Of a stretch of DNA of 64,000 nucleotides, positions 20,601-32,825 are shown piece by piece (within the stretch, counting starts at the first letter, position 1; every line of letters starts with the position of its first letter). Source of the DNA: Spirulina sp. (lineage in GTDB: Bacteria > Cyanobacteriota > Cyanobacteriia > Phormidesmidales > Phormidesmidaceae). The position numbers and the translations under genes are program-made. Location: NCBI GenBank assembly GCA_044070495.1, contig JBIPSI010000024.1:19840-83839 (forward strand), given 5' to 3'. The notes beneath the pieces were generated by a model. That model saw only the letters and a program-made list of their open reading frames with translations. It was not told the DNA's origin and ran no database searches.

Positions 20601-20987
20601 CTAGGCCACCTGTAAGGCTGAGTCTGACGCAAGGTCGTTGATGACCATGTCACAGACCTCAACCTGGGTGGTTCCTTCTGTGCAGAGTGCCATAGCAATG
20701 AGGTCGTCGAGGAGATCGCGACACTCAACCTGCCCCCCCAGAATAATGACCCCACCCCGCTGTCTGATGATGACCTTAGCCGCCTCGACTCGACCCAGGC
20801 GCTCCTTAAACCGAGCCTGAATCCGCTTGGCCAACCCATAGTAGTCATACTCTCCCTGCAAGCCCACCCGCTCTGGAGGAATGGTGGACAGATCAAGCTG
20901 GCCTACGCCCTGGGGAATCGCATTGGCATAACATACGCCGCGAATGAGATGACCAGCAACGACTAACGACTGCAAACCCTGAGCCAT
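20601..20987 (-). CDS. BON-domain-like protein
   Basis: IPPERVGLQGEYDYYGLAKRI...QRGGVIILGGQV. Confidence 0.65.
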   Translation of the reverse strand: MAQGLQSLVVAGHLIRGVCYANAIPQGVGQLDLSTIPPERVGLQGEYDYYGLAKRIQARFKERLGRVEAAKVIIRQRGGVIILGGQVECRDLLDDLIAMALCTEGTTQVEVCDMVINDLASDSALQVA

Positions 20988-21311
20988 GATTCGCTTTCCT
21001 CAAGCTCTGACACCTACATCAACCACTACGATACGCACGAAGCACCCTGGCTATAGTGATTCCGATCACATAGATACCGGTATAACCACTGACATTGTAA
21101 CCGGACTTTGTCAGAAGTATAAACTTATTATGAAGTTTCTCTAAAGCAATGCCGTATCCATCGGCACGATTTATCGGTGGGAATTCTGGCCTATGCCTGG
21201 GGCCACCCAAGTCATCAGACGTTTAAGTCCTTTAAGACTGGGTTCTCAGGGCAGGGCGTTGGTCGGTGTAAATGCTTACCTAGTGGAGGGGGAGTCAATC
21301 GGGATTCTAGA

Positions 21312-22568
21312 TCAGTCGGTAAACTTCAGGCGATGGCGATAGTTGGCCACGGATTCTACAATGCCGATGGCCATAAAGTTGGTCAGCAGGGCGGATCGTC
21401 CGTAGCTCATCCAGGGCAGGGGAATCCCGGTGATGGGGGCGAGGCCGATGGTCATGCCGATGTTGACGGAAATTTGGAACACCAGCATGGCGAATACTCC
21501 AATGGCGATGAGTGATCCAAAGTCGTCCTTGGCGTTTTGGGCGATGATCAAAATCCGAAAGCAGATCAACAGATAGGTGATCAGCAGGGCCGCACAGCCC
21601 ACTAGACCCAGTTCCTCGCCCACGGCGGAAAAGATGAAATCGGTGTGTTGTTCAGGGATGAAGTTGAGTTGGGTTTGAGTGCCTTCCCCTAGCCCTTGGC
21701 CCCAAAGTTGTCCGGCTCCGATGGCAATGCGCGACTGAATCAGGTGGTAGCCGCCGCCGAGGGGATCTTTATCGGGGTCAAGGAAGAGAATCAGGCGATC
21801 CTTTTGGTAGTCTTGCAGCAGCCCCCAAAACACATCTCCCAGCTTGCCGGAAATCAGGTTGATGGCGGTGGCAAAAATGCTGCTAAACCAGCGCCAGGGC
21901 AGGGTATACCAGGCGATTAGCCCCATGATGGCACTCCACAGTAGCCAACCGGGGAGAATGAGGTGGAACATAATGGCCGCCACCAATGGCGAGATGAAGA
22001 GCACCAGCCAGCCCGGATTGCAGTTGGCCCAGTACAGCATTACCATCACCACCACCCCAAACACCAGGGAGGTACCGAGGTCGGGCTGAATGAAGACCAA
22101 GGCCCAGGGCACAGCGGTAATGGCTACGGCCTTAAAGAGTCCGCCCAGGGTGGAGGCATCTCGCTGGCTGAGCAGCTTGGCCAGGGTGATAATCATGCCC
22201 AGCTTGGCAAACTCCGAAGGCTGAATGTTGAAGCCACCAATGCTGATCCAGCGCTGTGCCCCTAGGCCCACCGTGCCGATAAAAATCACCGCCAGCAGGG
22301 ACAGATTGACCACAGCGTAGATAATCCACTGCCAGTCGAGCAGGTTTTCGTAGCGGCTGCGGGCAAACCACAGGGCAACCACACATCCCACGCCCCCCAG
22401 AACCAGGTGGTTGAGGCCGTAGGTGGTCTCCAGGTGCAGTTGAGTGCTGTTGATCACCAGCCCCCCAAAGCCCGTCAGCCCCACCACCAGTACCATCAAG
22501 AACCAGTCCATCCCCTGCCAAGGGCTGAACCAAGAACGCCAGTTGCGGGAAAATTGCAGATTGACCAT
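21312..22568 (-). CDS. rodA: Rod shape-determining protein RodA
   Basis: GAQRWI, QPSEFAK, QPDLGT, PEQHTDFIF and TGIPLPWMSYG motifs. Confidence 0.93.
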   Translation of the reverse strand: MVNLQFSRNWRSWFSPWQGMDWFLMVLVVGLTGFGGLVINSTQLHLETTYGLNHLVLGGVGCVVALWFARSRYENLLDWQWIIYAVVNLSLLAVIFIGTVGLGAQRWISIGGFNIQPSEFAKLGMIITLAKLLSQRDASTLGGLFKAVAITAVPWALVFIQPDLGTSLVFGVVVMVMLYWANCNPGWLVLFISPLVAAIMFHLILPGWLLWSAIMGLIAWYTLPWRWFSSIFATAINLISGKLGDVFWGLLQDYQKDRLILFLDPDKDPLGGGYHLIQSRIAIGAGQLWGQGLGEGTQTQLNFIPEQHTDFIFSAVGEELGLVGCAALLITYLLICFRILIIAQNAKDDFGSLIAIGVFAMLVFQISVNIGMTIGLAPITGIPLPWMSYGRSALLTNFMAIGIVESVANYRHRLKFTD

Positions 22569-22664
22569 GGGGTGATGGGGATGAATTAAAGTAATTAAGG
22601 TGGTGTAGACACAGACCACGAACGCTCCAAACCTTATCCATAGGGGCATCTTAAGGGAAACATC

Positions 22665-22685
22665 GTAGGGTGGACACCGCCCACC
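22665..22685 (+). repeat. GTAG-type REP-like palindrome
   Basis: gtagggtggacaccgcccacc; sister copy gtagggtgggcagtgcccacc at 57313-57333. Confidence 0.65.
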
Positions 22686-22718
22686 AACTCCTACGCACCT
22701 TACCCCCCACGGGTGCCT

Positions 22719-23792
22719 TTAGCTCGCCAGCGCCGCCACAGAAACCTTCGCCGCCAGTTGTTGAGAAATGGCCTTCAACGCCTGGGCCGAAGCGGAATCG
22801 GGGAACTGCACCACAATCGGCACCCCCTGGTCTCCGCCTTCCCGCACGCTGGTTTCTAGGGGCACACAGCCCAGCAGGGGCACGCCCAGATCGGCGGCAA
22901 TTTTTTCGCCGCCGCCAGAGCCAAAAATGTCGTAGCGCTTGTCGGGGGCATCGGGGGGGATGAAGTAGCTCATGTTTTCCACCACGCCCAGTACGGGTAC
23001 GTTGAGCTGTTGGAACATCCGCAGACCCCGACGGGCATCGGAAATGGCTACATCCTGGGGCGTGGAGACAATCACCGCCCCAGCCATCGGTACGGCCTGG
23101 GCTAGAGTAAGTTGGGCATCGCCCGTGCCGGGGGGCATATCCACAATCAGGTAATCCAATTCGCCCCACTGTACCTGGTAGAGAAACTGACGAATCACGC
23201 CGTTCAGCATGGGGCCACGCCAAATCACGGGTTGATCCCGGTCGATCAAAAAGCCCATGGAGACCATCTTGACCCCGTGGTTAAAGGCGGGTTCTAGCAC
23301 TTCGCCCTGGGGCCCTTGGCGCACCATCACGTTGGCATCGCTGAGGCCCATCATCATCGGCGCATTGGGGCCATAGATGTCGGCGTCGATCAGCCCCACC
23401 TTGGCTCCGGCCTGGGCCAGGGAAACGGCGAGGTTCACCGCCACCGTACTTTTGCCCACGCCCCCCTTGCCGCTGGAGACCGCCACAATGTTTTTCACGC
23501 CATCGATGCCCGTGCGGTCGGGGAGGGATTTCTGCTGGGGCGTTTCGGCGGTCACATCCACCTTCACCGCAGTCACTCCCGGCAGGGTTTTAACGGCCTT
23601 CTCGCAGTCCTCCACAATGAACTCACGCAGGGGACAGGCGGGGGTCGTCAGCACCAGGGTAAAGCTGACCTCACCGTCCTGGATGGCCACGTTGCGGATC
23701 ATGTTCAGTTCCACCAGGCTCTTTTGTAGCTCTGGGTCTTGAACGGGGCGCAAAACCTCCAGCACGGAATCGGGACTTAGGGTTAGGGTCAT
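22719..23792 (-). CDS. mrp: Mrp/ApbC/NBP35 Fe-S cluster carrier ATPase
   Basis: LTTPACP, SGKGGVGKST, DADIYGP, WRGPM and DMPPGTGD motifs. Confidence 0.93.
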   Translation of the reverse strand: MTLTLSPDSVLEVLRPVQDPELQKSLVELNMIRNVAIQDGEVSFTLVLTTPACPLREFIVEDCEKAVKTLPGVTAVKVDVTAETPQQKSLPDRTGIDGVKNIVAVSSGKGGVGKSTVAVNLAVSLAQAGAKVGLIDADIYGPNAPMMMGLSDANVMVRQGPQGEVLEPAFNHGVKMVSMGFLIDRDQPVIWRGPMLNGVIRQFLYQVQWGELDYLIVDMPPGTGDAQLTLAQAVPMAGAVIVSTPQDVAISDARRGLRMFQQLNVPVLGVVENMSYFIPPDAPDKRYDIFGSGGGEKIAADLGVPLLGCVPLETSVREGGDQGVPIVVQFPDSASAQALKAISQQLAAKVSVAALAS

Positions 23793-24020
23793 GGGGTTGA
23801 TAGCAGCGGCTTAACAGTCATTTACCTCCCCTATCTTAAGGGGCACCGTCACCGATTTGGGTGTCTCCTTGGGATGAGCCGCTTCTAGGCCGAGTCAGCC
23901 ATGCCAGCCGAAACCAGCCTAAAGTCCGACCGATCACGCCTAATTCAACCAACCGATTGAGGGCTGTAACGGTTAACGATTGGCCTTAACTATGGGCGCA
24001 TTAGCCTGGGATGACAGCCC

Positions 24021-24665
24021 CTAGGGAGATAGTCGGGCCACCTGCCAACCCGATGCGGCGACGGCATCGGGCAAGTAGAGAAAGCGGTCGTGGAGGCGGC
24101 TGGGGCGACCTTGCCAAAACTCAAAACTGGCGGGCTGGACGCGGTATCCACCCCAAAAGTCGGGCAGGGGAATATCTTGGTTGAGGAAACGCTGTTTCAT
24201 TTTGTCGAACTGCATTTCTAGCAGTTGTCGGGAGGAAATGATTTGGCTTTGCTGAGATACCCAGGCCCCCAACTGGCTACCGCGAGGCCGAGAGGTGAAG
24301 TATTTAAAGGACTCGGCGGCGGAAATTTTGCTGGCGGTGCCGGTAATGGCCAACTGCCGTTCTAGGGCATACCAGGGGAACAGCATCGATACCTGGGCAT
24401 TTTGCGCGATGTGCTGGGCTTTGCGACTGCCGTAGTTGGTGAAGAATACAAAGCCGTCCCGGTCAAAATACTTCAGGAGCACGGTGCGCTGGTAGGGATG
24501 GCCTTCGGGCGACACCGTGGAGAGCACTAGGGCGTTGGGTTCCAGCAATTCAGCCTCACAGGCTTGCTGAAACCATAGGGTGAACTGGTCGAAGGGGTCG
24601 GGGGCCAGGTCAGGTAGATCCAGCCCCCGCTGGGTGTAGTCGCGGCGGAGATCGCTAATGTCCAT
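24021..24665 (-). CDS. pdxH: Pyridoxamine 5'-phosphate oxidase
   Basis: RTVLLK, FFTNYGSRK and EFWQGRPSRLHDR motifs. Confidence 0.95.
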   Translation of the reverse strand: MDISDLRRDYTQRGLDLPDLAPDPFDQFTLWFQQACEAELLEPNALVLSTVSPEGHPYQRTVLLKYFDRDGFVFFTNYGSRKAQHIAQNAQVSMLFPWYALERQLAITGTASKISAAESFKYFTSRPRGSQLGAWVSQQSQIISSRQLLEMQFDKMKQRFLNQDIPLPDFWGGYRVQPASFEFWQGRPSRLHDRFLYLPDAVAASGWQVARLSP

Positions 24666-24718
24666 CGGAAAAAGAGGTTAGGCGTTGGGGTTAGGGATTG
24701 GGGATTGGGTGTTAGGGA

Positions 24719-25639
24719 TTAGGTGTTGACGATCTCGACAAGGGCATCTTTAACGTCGGTGTATTGGTACTGAAATCCGGTGTCGGCGGTGCGGGTTGGG
24801 AGCACCTGCTGGCCTTCTAGGACGACCTGCGCCCCGTCGCCTAGGATGGTTTCCAGCACAAAGTCGGGTACGGGCAACCAGGAGGGACGATTCAGCACCT
24901 TACCTAATACCTTGCAAAATTCGCCCATGCGAACGGGGGTTGGGGCGGTGGCGTTGTAAACCCCCTCCATGGTGGGGTCGGTGAGGGCTTTGAGGATCAG
25001 GTTAACCAGGTCTTCCCGGTGAATCCAGGAAAACCACTGTCGCCCGCTGCCGATGGGGCCACCGGCAAACATCCGAAAGGGGGTCAGCATTTTGGCCACC
25101 GCACCGCCCATGCCGAGGACAATGCCAAACCGCAGAATCACCAGTCGGGGGCCATAGTCCTTCACCCGCTGGGCCGCTGCTTCCCAATCCCGACACACCT
25201 GGGCCAGAAAATCCTCGGCGGCGGGGCTGGTTTCGTCGAAGGTGGCGGTTTCGCTGGTGCCGTAGTAGCCAATGGCGGAGGCGTTCACCCACACCGTGGG
25301 CTTAGGATCAGCCTGGGCTAGGGCGTCTACTAACTTCTCAGTACCGATCACACGGCTGTCCACAATGGCCTGCTTATGTTCGTCGCTCCAACGCTCGGAG
25401 ATGGGTGCTCCGGCCAGGTTCACCACCCCATCGCAGCCCGACAGCACCTCCTGCCATGATCCAGATTCCAGGGGCGTATATTCCGCAATGGTCACCTTGG
25501 TAAAGCTGGTCTCTGGAAACAGCTTGTGCCCTAAATCGGCGCTCCGGGTGAGCACCACAACGTCGTGGCCTTCCTCTTGCAGCCGCTCCACTAGGCGACT
25601 GCCGACAAACCCTGTGGCTCCGGTGATGGCAATTTTCAT
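24719..25639 (-). CDS. TIGR01777-family NAD-dependent epimerase/oxidoreductase
   Basis: AITGATGFVG, VNLAGAPI, ASAIGYYG and GSGRQWFSWIH motifs. Confidence 0.9.
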   Translation of the reverse strand: MKIAITGATGFVGSRLVERLQEEGHDVVVLTRSADLGHKLFPETSFTKVTIAEYTPLESGSWQEVLSGCDGVVNLAGAPISERWSDEHKQAIVDSRVIGTEKLVDALAQADPKPTVWVNASAIGYYGTSETATFDETSPAAEDFLAQVCRDWEAAAQRVKDYGPRLVILRFGIVLGMGGAVAKMLTPFRMFAGGPIGSGRQWFSWIHREDLVNLILKALTDPTMEGVYNATAPTPVRMGEFCKVLGKVLNRPSWLPVPDFVLETILGDGAQVVLEGQQVLPTRTADTGFQYQYTDVKDALVEIVNT

Positions 25640-25872
25640 AGGTACCTATCTACTGCTGCGTCTCTGGTTGCATGGTTGTGGCGGCGTCCCCGGTGGTCTG
25701 ACAAGACGCGGCACAAGTTAGACCGGATTCTAGGATAAACTATCCCAGCGGCGGGCACCGAATCTACCGAACGCAGTAGCGATAGCGCCACCCCATGGAA
25801 AGCTGATCAAGGGGGCGTGTTCAACAGATAGCCTTAACGGCTCAGTCTTTACCGTGGAATGACCGCTCCGTC

Positions 25873-26250
25873 CTAGGCTGAGGGCGATTCTCCGTAGGCC
25901 ATGCCGTTGGCCTCGGCGTAGCGATGCATAAACCGCATAAACCGATCCCAGTGATCCTCCCGGTCGATGGTGAGGGTGCATTCTACCCGCTCTAGGTCAT
26001 CGCCTTCGGGGCCACCAAAGATGAAGCGAATTCCGGTGGGTTCAATGGTAATTACCCCTTCCTCATCGGTGAGCTTGAGGGCCTTAGAAAACTGGCTGCG
26101 AAAGCTTTGGAAGGCTTCAATGGCTTTGAGCTGCTTGAACAGCAAAAGCACCATGCGCTCGCCCGTGTCGGCGTTGCGTCGCAGGCTGACGTTGTCAATG
26201 GATTCTAGAATGCCTTCATAGAACTGTACGGTGGGAAGCTGTGCTGTCAT
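25873..26250 (-). CDS. psb28: Photosystem II assembly factor Psb28 (probably Psb28-2 type)
   Basis: VQFYEGI.E, LTDEEGVI and WDRFMRFMHRYAEANGM motifs. Confidence 0.9.
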   Translation of the reverse strand: MTAQLPTVQFYEGILESIDNVSLRRNADTGERMVLLLFKQLKAIEAFQSFRSQFSKALKLTDEEGVITIEPTGIRFIFGGPEGDDLERVECTLTIDREDHWDRFMRFMHRYAEANGMAYGESPSA

Positions 26251-26628
26251 GGGGTGCACCAGATAACCGTGTCTACCATTATACCGACCCCGATTTTGAC
26301 AGAGATCAGTCAAAATCGGCCCCTAGCCGTCCCTAGACTTCCGCTCTGCCCATCCCGTTTACCGTTGGGTTTGCAACGCCATACCCATAGATTTTTTTCT
26401 ATTCAAATGGCTCTCAGCCCTGAGGAAAATTTGAGAAATCCGCAGAACCCTTGAAAATAGGGCATTACATCCCCATAGTTCTACCCTGACTCCTGCGTCA
26501 CACCTTGTAACTCTGTAAAGTTCTGTGTATAAAATTAATCGAACTTATAGATAAACCCCAAGGCATCGTCTGGGCATGGCGCTCGAAGATTAACCTGCCC
26601 GACCGTCTGGGGTGATTAGTAGAGGATT

Positions 26629-27009
26629 TTGGTTTTGGCTCAGGATTTCCCTCCCCTTTCAAGCTCACAGCGGCTCCGTGCCTGGGGTCAGATAGCCCGC
26701 CAAGTGGTCGATCTGCGCCTTGCCTTCGTGATTGGGTTGTTGGCTTTTATGATTGCCGTCAGCGTAGACTCTGGGGGAAATGCCGCCGAAGCTGCTGACT
26801 TGGTCAATTCAGCCTATCGTCCGGCTGCGACCGTGATCACGGCTTCGGTGACCAACCCATCCCCATCAACGCTGCCTGCTGCCGATGCTAACGGCGCAAC
26901 CCCAGCCACCGCCCGCCGCCTGCACCACGGCATGATGACCAGCGCTATCATGACCAGCAGCCGCATGACCGAGGCCCACTTTTTCACGGAGTTGCCTGCC
27001 GAGGACTAG
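26629..27009 (+). CDS. Hypothetical membrane or secreted protein
   Basis: TTG start preceded by AGAGGA; one hydrophobic helix; lies immediately upstream of the HAD gene. Confidence 0.5.
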   Translation: MVLAQDFPPLSSSQRLRAWGQIARQVVDLRLAFVIGLLAFMIAVSVDSGGNAAEAADLVNSAYRPAATVITASVTNPSPSTLPAADANGATPATARRLHHGMMTSAIMTSSRMTEAHFFTELPAED

Positions 27010-27039
27010 CGGTTGGTTTTCCCTAATTCCCTTGCGCCC

Positions 27040-27813
27040 ATGCCCCCCACCCTGCTTGCCCTAGATTTTGACGGCGTTGTTTGCGACGGGTTGCTAGAGT
27101 ATTTTCAAACCGCCTGGAAAGCCTACTGTGAGGTGTTTCAGCCCGCTTCCCCCGATCCTCCCCAGGGCTTAGCCGAGCGTTTTTATCCTCTGCGTCCGGT
27201 GGTAGAAACGGGCTGGGAAATGCCCCTGGTACTCTACGGCCTGCTGACCGGGGTGCCTGACCAAGACATTCTCGATCACTGGCCCACCCTGGTTCCTTTG
27301 TTGCTGGATCAGGCGGCGGTGGAGGCCACTCAGTTAGGGACAGCGGTGGACGGGGTGCGAGATCGGTGGATGGCCGCTGATTTGGAAGGCTGGCTGGCCC
27401 TGCATCGGTTCTATCCAGGGGTGTTGCCTCGGCTTCAGCAGGCCCAGGCCCAGGGTATCGATTTGGTGATTATTTCCACTAAGGAAGGCCGTTTTATCCA
27501 GCAACTCCTGGCCCAGCAGGGCATGGCCCTAGCGGCAGATCGGATTTTGGGTAAGGAAGTGAAGCAGCCTAAGTACGACAGCCTGCGCCAACTGAAGGCA
27601 AAAGCCCCTGAGTCTAGGATCTGGTTTGTGGAAGACCGCATCAAAGCCCTGCAATCGGTACAACGCCAGCCCGATCTAGGGGATGTGCAGCTTTTCTTGG
27701 CCGATTGGGGCTACAACACCGCCACGGATCGACAGGCTGGTGCAGCGGATGATCGCATTCAGTTGATTTCCCTGGCCCAATTTGCCCAACCCTTTGAGGA
27801 CTGGATCTACTGA
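27040..27813 (+). CDS. HAD-family hydrolase
   Basis: ALDFDGVVCD, STKEGRF, WFVEDR and LADWGYN motifs. Confidence 0.88.
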   Translation: MPPTLLALDFDGVVCDGLLEYFQTAWKAYCEVFQPASPDPPQGLAERFYPLRPVVETGWEMPLVLYGLLTGVPDQDILDHWPTLVPLLLDQAAVEATQLGTAVDGVRDRWMAADLEGWLALHRFYPGVLPRLQQAQAQGIDLVIISTKEGRFIQQLLAQQGMALAADRILGKEVKQPKYDSLRQLKAKAPESRIWFVEDRIKALQSVQRQPDLGDVQLFLADWGYNTATDRQAGAADDRIQLISLAQFAQPFEDWIY

Positions 27814-27894
27814 GGCTAATTCTCCATCCTCAGTAGATCACAAACACGCTCTTTTGATGTGATCCAGCCAACCCTTACGGGAAGCAAGCTACAT

Positions 27895-28000
27895 CCCTAG
27901 CCCCTCTCCCCGTAAGAGAAGGGAGCTAGAAAAGCTCAAAGTCCCTCTCCCCATGGGAGAGGGATTTAGGGTGAGGGCGGCGGGGACTTGGCGATCTGCT
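27895..28000. repeat. Dispersed CCCTCTCCC/GGGAGAGGG repeat, uninterrupted copy
   Basis: Matches 16081-16157 and the interrupted copy at 32542-32799. Confidence 0.85.
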
Positions 28001-29795
28001 AGTCCTCGTCCGCCTCCGGCTCGTAGGTGGAGGCGATGGAGAGTTCCTTGAGTTGGGCCTCGTCCACGCCGGAGGGGGCTTGGGTGAGGAGGCAGCGGGC
28101 CTGCTGGGTTTTGGGGAAGGCGATGGCGTCACGGATGGAGTCTTCTCCGGCCATCAGCATCACCAGGCGATCTAGCCCGTAGGCGATGCCGCCGTGGGGA
28201 GGGGTGCCGTACTCAAAGGCTTCCAGCAAAAAGCCAAATTTGTCCTTGGCTTCTTCGGTGGTGAGGCCGATGGTGTCGAACACCCGCTGCTGTACGTCGG
28301 GCTGGTAGATGCGCAGACTGCCGCCGCCGATTTCGTAGCCGTTGAGGACTAGGTCGTAGGCCACGGCGCGGGCGGTTTTGAGGTCAGCCACATCGTCGGG
28401 GTGGGGGGCAGTGAAGGGGTGGTGCAGGGCTTCGAGGCGCTGTTCGTCGGCGTTCCACTCAAACATGGGGAAGTCGGTAATCCACAGCAAATTCAGCTTG
28501 CCTTCGGGAATCAGGTTCATTTCCTTGGCCACCGCCTGCCGCACTCGATCCAGGGTGGCGTTGACGATTTCTGTGGGGCCAGCGCCGAAGAGCAATAGGT
28601 CGCCCTCCTGGGCGTTGGTGCGGCTCAGCAATTCCTGCATTTTTTCGGCGGGCAGGTTGTCTTTGATCGCCCCGATGGTATCCACTGCGCCCTCGGCCCG
28701 CACCCGAATGTAGGCCAGTCCCTTGGCTCCGGCTTCCGAGGCAATTTTGAAAATGTCGCCACCGGGCTTGATGCGGACGTTGGAAATTTGCTCGTTGCCG
28801 CTGGGGATGGGTAGTACCTTGACGATGCCGCCATCGGCCACCGCACCGGAAAACACCTTAAAGCCGCAGTCCTTCACTAGGTCAGACACATCCACCAGTT
28901 CCAGGCCGTAGCGGGTGTCGGGCTTGTCGCTGCCGTAGCGATCCATGGCGTCGGCGTAGGTGAGTCGGGGGAAGGGAAGGGGAATCTCGATGCCCTGGAC
29001 GGTTTTGAAAATGTGGGACACCAGTGCTTCATTCAGGGCCAGGATTTCGTCCTGGGTCATGAAGCTCATTTCCATGTCGAGCTGGGTGAATTCCGGCTGG
29101 CGGTCGGCGCGGAGGTCTTCGTCGCGGAAGCAGCGGGCGACTTGGTAGTAGCGGTCTACGCCGGATACCATCAGCAACTGCTTAAACAACTGGGGCGACT
29201 GGGGCAGGGCGTAGAATTCCCCAGGGTTCACCCGCGAGGGCACCAGATAATCCCGTGCGCCTTCGGGGGTGGATCGCGTCAGAATCGGGGTTTCCACCTC
29301 CATGAAGCCTTCCTGGTCTTCCAAAAAGCGGCGAATCGCCTTGATGACTTCGTGGCGTACCCGTAGGTTGTGGGCCATCCGCTCCCGCCGCAGGTCGAGG
29401 TAACGATAGCGCAGGCGCAGATCCTCCCGCACCGATTCTGAATCTGCCGTAGACACCTGGAAGGGCAAGGGCTTGCGAACGGCATTCAGCAAGTCAATAG
29501 AGTCTGCATAGATCTCCACTTCCCCGGTGGGCAGCTTGGGGTTGAGGGATTCCGCCGGACGCTGACTGACCCGTCCGACAATTTTCACCACATACTCGTT
29601 GCGCAGCGGGTCGGCCTGGGGATAGGACTCCGGCGTGCGCTCTGGGTCGCTGACGATTTGTACGACCCCGGTGCGGTCGCGCAGGTCAACAAAAATCACG
29701 CCCCCATGGTCGCGGCGACGGTCTACCCAACCAAACAGGGTAACGGTGCTGCCAATGTCGCTGGCTCGAAGGGTGCCGCAGTAGTGGGTACGCAT
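27999..29795 (-). CDS. aspS: Aspartate--tRNA ligase
   Basis: [35 protein letters not shown] and [12 protein letters not shown] motifs. Confidence 0.97.
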   Translation of the reverse strand: MRTHYCGTLRASDIGSTVTLFGWVDRRRDHGGVIFVDLRDRTGVVQIVSDPERTPESYPQADPLRNEYVVKIVGRVSQRPAESLNPKLPTGEVEIYADSIDLLNAVRKPLPFQVSTADSESVREDLRLRYRYLDLRRERMAHNLRVRHEVIKAIRRFLEDQEGFMEVETPILTRSTPEGARDYLVPSRVNPGEFYALPQSPQLFKQLLMVSGVDRYYQVARCFRDEDLRADRQPEFTQLDMEMSFMTQDEILALNEALVSHIFKTVQGIEIPLPFPRLTYADAMDRYGSDKPDTRYGLELVDVSDLVKDCGFKVFSGAVADGGIVKVLPIPSGNEQISNVRIKPGGDIFKIASEAGAKGLAYIRVRAEGAVDTIGAIKDNLPAEKMQELLSRTNAQEGDLLLFGAGPTEIVNATLDRVRQAVAKEMNLIPEGKLNLLWITDFPMFEWNADEQRLEALHHPFTAPHPDDVADLKTARAVAYDLVLNGYEIGGGSLRIYQPDVQQRVFDTIGLTTEEAKDKFGFLLEAFEYGTPPHGGIAYGLDRLVMLMAGEDSIRDAIAFPKTQQARCLLTQAPSGVDEAQLKELSIASTYEPEADED

Positions 29796-30019
29796 AGACT
29801 AACGATGGGGGGACGCAAAATTCAAAACCTTTCCATTATCCAGGATAACGGCCAAGCCTGACACGACATTTGGGGGAAAGTAGGCTAAGGCTGAGGTCGT
29901 CCGATTTCGCTTCATTTCTCTGAGTCCGTAGTGGTCGCAGGAACTCTTTTATTTTCATGTAGGTCATTGATTAGGCAACCGCCCTCAGCCTATGGTGGCT
30001 TATCTGACCCCTTACCCAA

Positions 30020-30103
30020 GTTAGGTAGACGCAGCGAATCAGAACCCGACAACAGTCGATGATTTTAGGCTGGTTGGGTTCTGCTATTGCGTCACCTATC
30101 TTA
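30020..30103. repeat. Degenerate inverted pair of REP-like units (REPIN-like)
   Basis: taggtagacgcagcgaatcagaacccgac faces gttgggttctgctattgcgtcacctatcttac, its imperfect reverse complement. Confidence 0.6.
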
Positions 30104-30249
30104 CAAGAGATTAAGGTTTTTCAGCGTTGTGTCAGATAGCCCAGAGCTATGGCCGTTGGCAGGGCGTTAAAAGCGATAGATATCATCAGCAGATAGGGCG
30201 TCCATGCTATCTATCTGGAAAAAATCTTGATTTCCCTCCCCCTTGAGCC

Positions 30250-31005
30250 ATGAAAATCTCTTCAGTGATTCATCTAGCCATTTTTTTGACAGGTATCTTG
30301 CTTTGTAATAGCACTGCTACTAAGGTCTATTCGGAAACCTATGATTCTCCTGAAAATTCTGCTTTTTTGGCGGAGCAAAACCAGGATTTAGACCAATCCT
30401 CTACACCCTTGAGAATTATGCCCTTAGGAGACTCGATTACCTACGGTACTGGTGCAGAAGGAGGCTATCGATCCAGACTATGGGCTGAATTCTTAGCGGA
30501 AAACCGTGCTGTAGACTTTGTGGGTTCTCAATCCTATGGCTCGGTCGGTACCGATCTAGATCATGAAGGACATCCCGGTAAAACAATTCAGTTTCTTCGA
30601 GAAAATATCGTGAACTGGTTGGGAGCGTCTGACCCGGACGTCATTTTGTTAATGATTGGTACCAACGACATTCTTTACCCAGAAGCCCATGATTTTGCTC
30701 AGGCTCCCTATCGAATCGGTGCCCTTATCGATCAAATCACCCTCAATGCCCCTAATGCCAAGCTCCTCGTTGCCTCCGTTTCTCCCCTCGGCGATCCCCT
30801 CCGCAACGAACAAGCGATGGGTTTCAATGCTGAAATTGAGGCGGCGGCTAATCGCTATGCTAATCGAGGTCGATCTGTCTATTTTGTGGATATGTCTGAG
30901 GCGCTAACTCCGACGGACTTAGTCGATGGCATACATCCCAACGCCGACGGCTACGATAGGGTGGCCCAGACCTGGCATAGCGCTATCTTGGAGGTTTTGG
31001 AATAG
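30250..31005 (+). CDS. Secreted SGNH/GDSL hydrolase
   Basis: IMPLGDSITYG, HEGHPG, MIGTND and DGIHPN blocks; N-terminal signal peptide. Confidence 0.9.
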   Translation: MKISSVIHLAIFLTGILLCNSTATKVYSETYDSPENSAFLAEQNQDLDQSSTPLRIMPLGDSITYGTGAEGGYRSRLWAEFLAENRAVDFVGSQSYGSVGTDLDHEGHPGKTIQFLRENIVNWLGASDPDVILLMIGTNDILYPEAHDFAQAPYRIGALIDQITLNAPNAKLLVASVSPLGDPLRNEQAMGFNAEIEAAANRYANRGRSVYFVDMSEALTPTDLVDGIHPNADGYDRVAQTWHSAILEVLE

Positions 31006-31179
31006 AGCCATTTTGGCTCGTCTATGGTGTACAAATTGGGGGCACGCAACGCCAGGAAATTGATCCGTCGTTAGCCAAAACTTAGTCCATCAAACGATGG
31101 AAAAGGCGATGATCCTGGGAGGATGCATCGCCTATGGGTTGACAGTCGCCTAGACTGTCAGACTTGGAAGGGGTAGACC

Positions 31180-32487
<1,308 letters not shown>

Positions 32488-32541
32488 TCAGGCGGGAACT
32501 GGGTTTTGAACCCAATCTAATGGTGAACCGCACCGTCTTGG

Positions 32542-32799
32542 CCCTCACACCCAGCCCCTCTCCCAGAGGAAGAGAAGCCTTCTTCAAGGTCCCTCTCCCT
32601 CTGGGCTACCGCTTATAAACATCTTGTTTTCATGCCGTAAGGCCTTGGGGATCCCCCTAAATCCCCCTTTTCAAGGGGGACTTTGACTCTGGTTCCCCCC
32701 TTTTCAAGGGGGGCTAGGGGAGATCAACCTTGGGCATCAAGCGGAATAGAAACCTATGTATAAGCAGTAGCCCTCTGGGAGAGGGATTTAGGGTGAGGG
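32542..32799. mobile_element. Three-level nested miniature element: host repeat, 165-bp TIR element (32606-32770) with 9-bp TSD, inner CCCCCTTTTCAAGGGGG repeat
   Basis: TSD ccctctggg at 32597-32605 and 32771-32779; TIRs ctaccgcttata and tataagcagtag. Confidence 0.85.
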
Positions 32800-32825
32800 A
32801 TCAGCCTTCTTAGCTTAACGGAAAT

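Noticed and set aside
26505..26535. Possible HLR1 (RpaB) or NtcA site upstream of psb28
   Set aside because: The TTACA repeats have 8-bp rather than 10-bp spacing, and there is no GTA-N8-TAC match.
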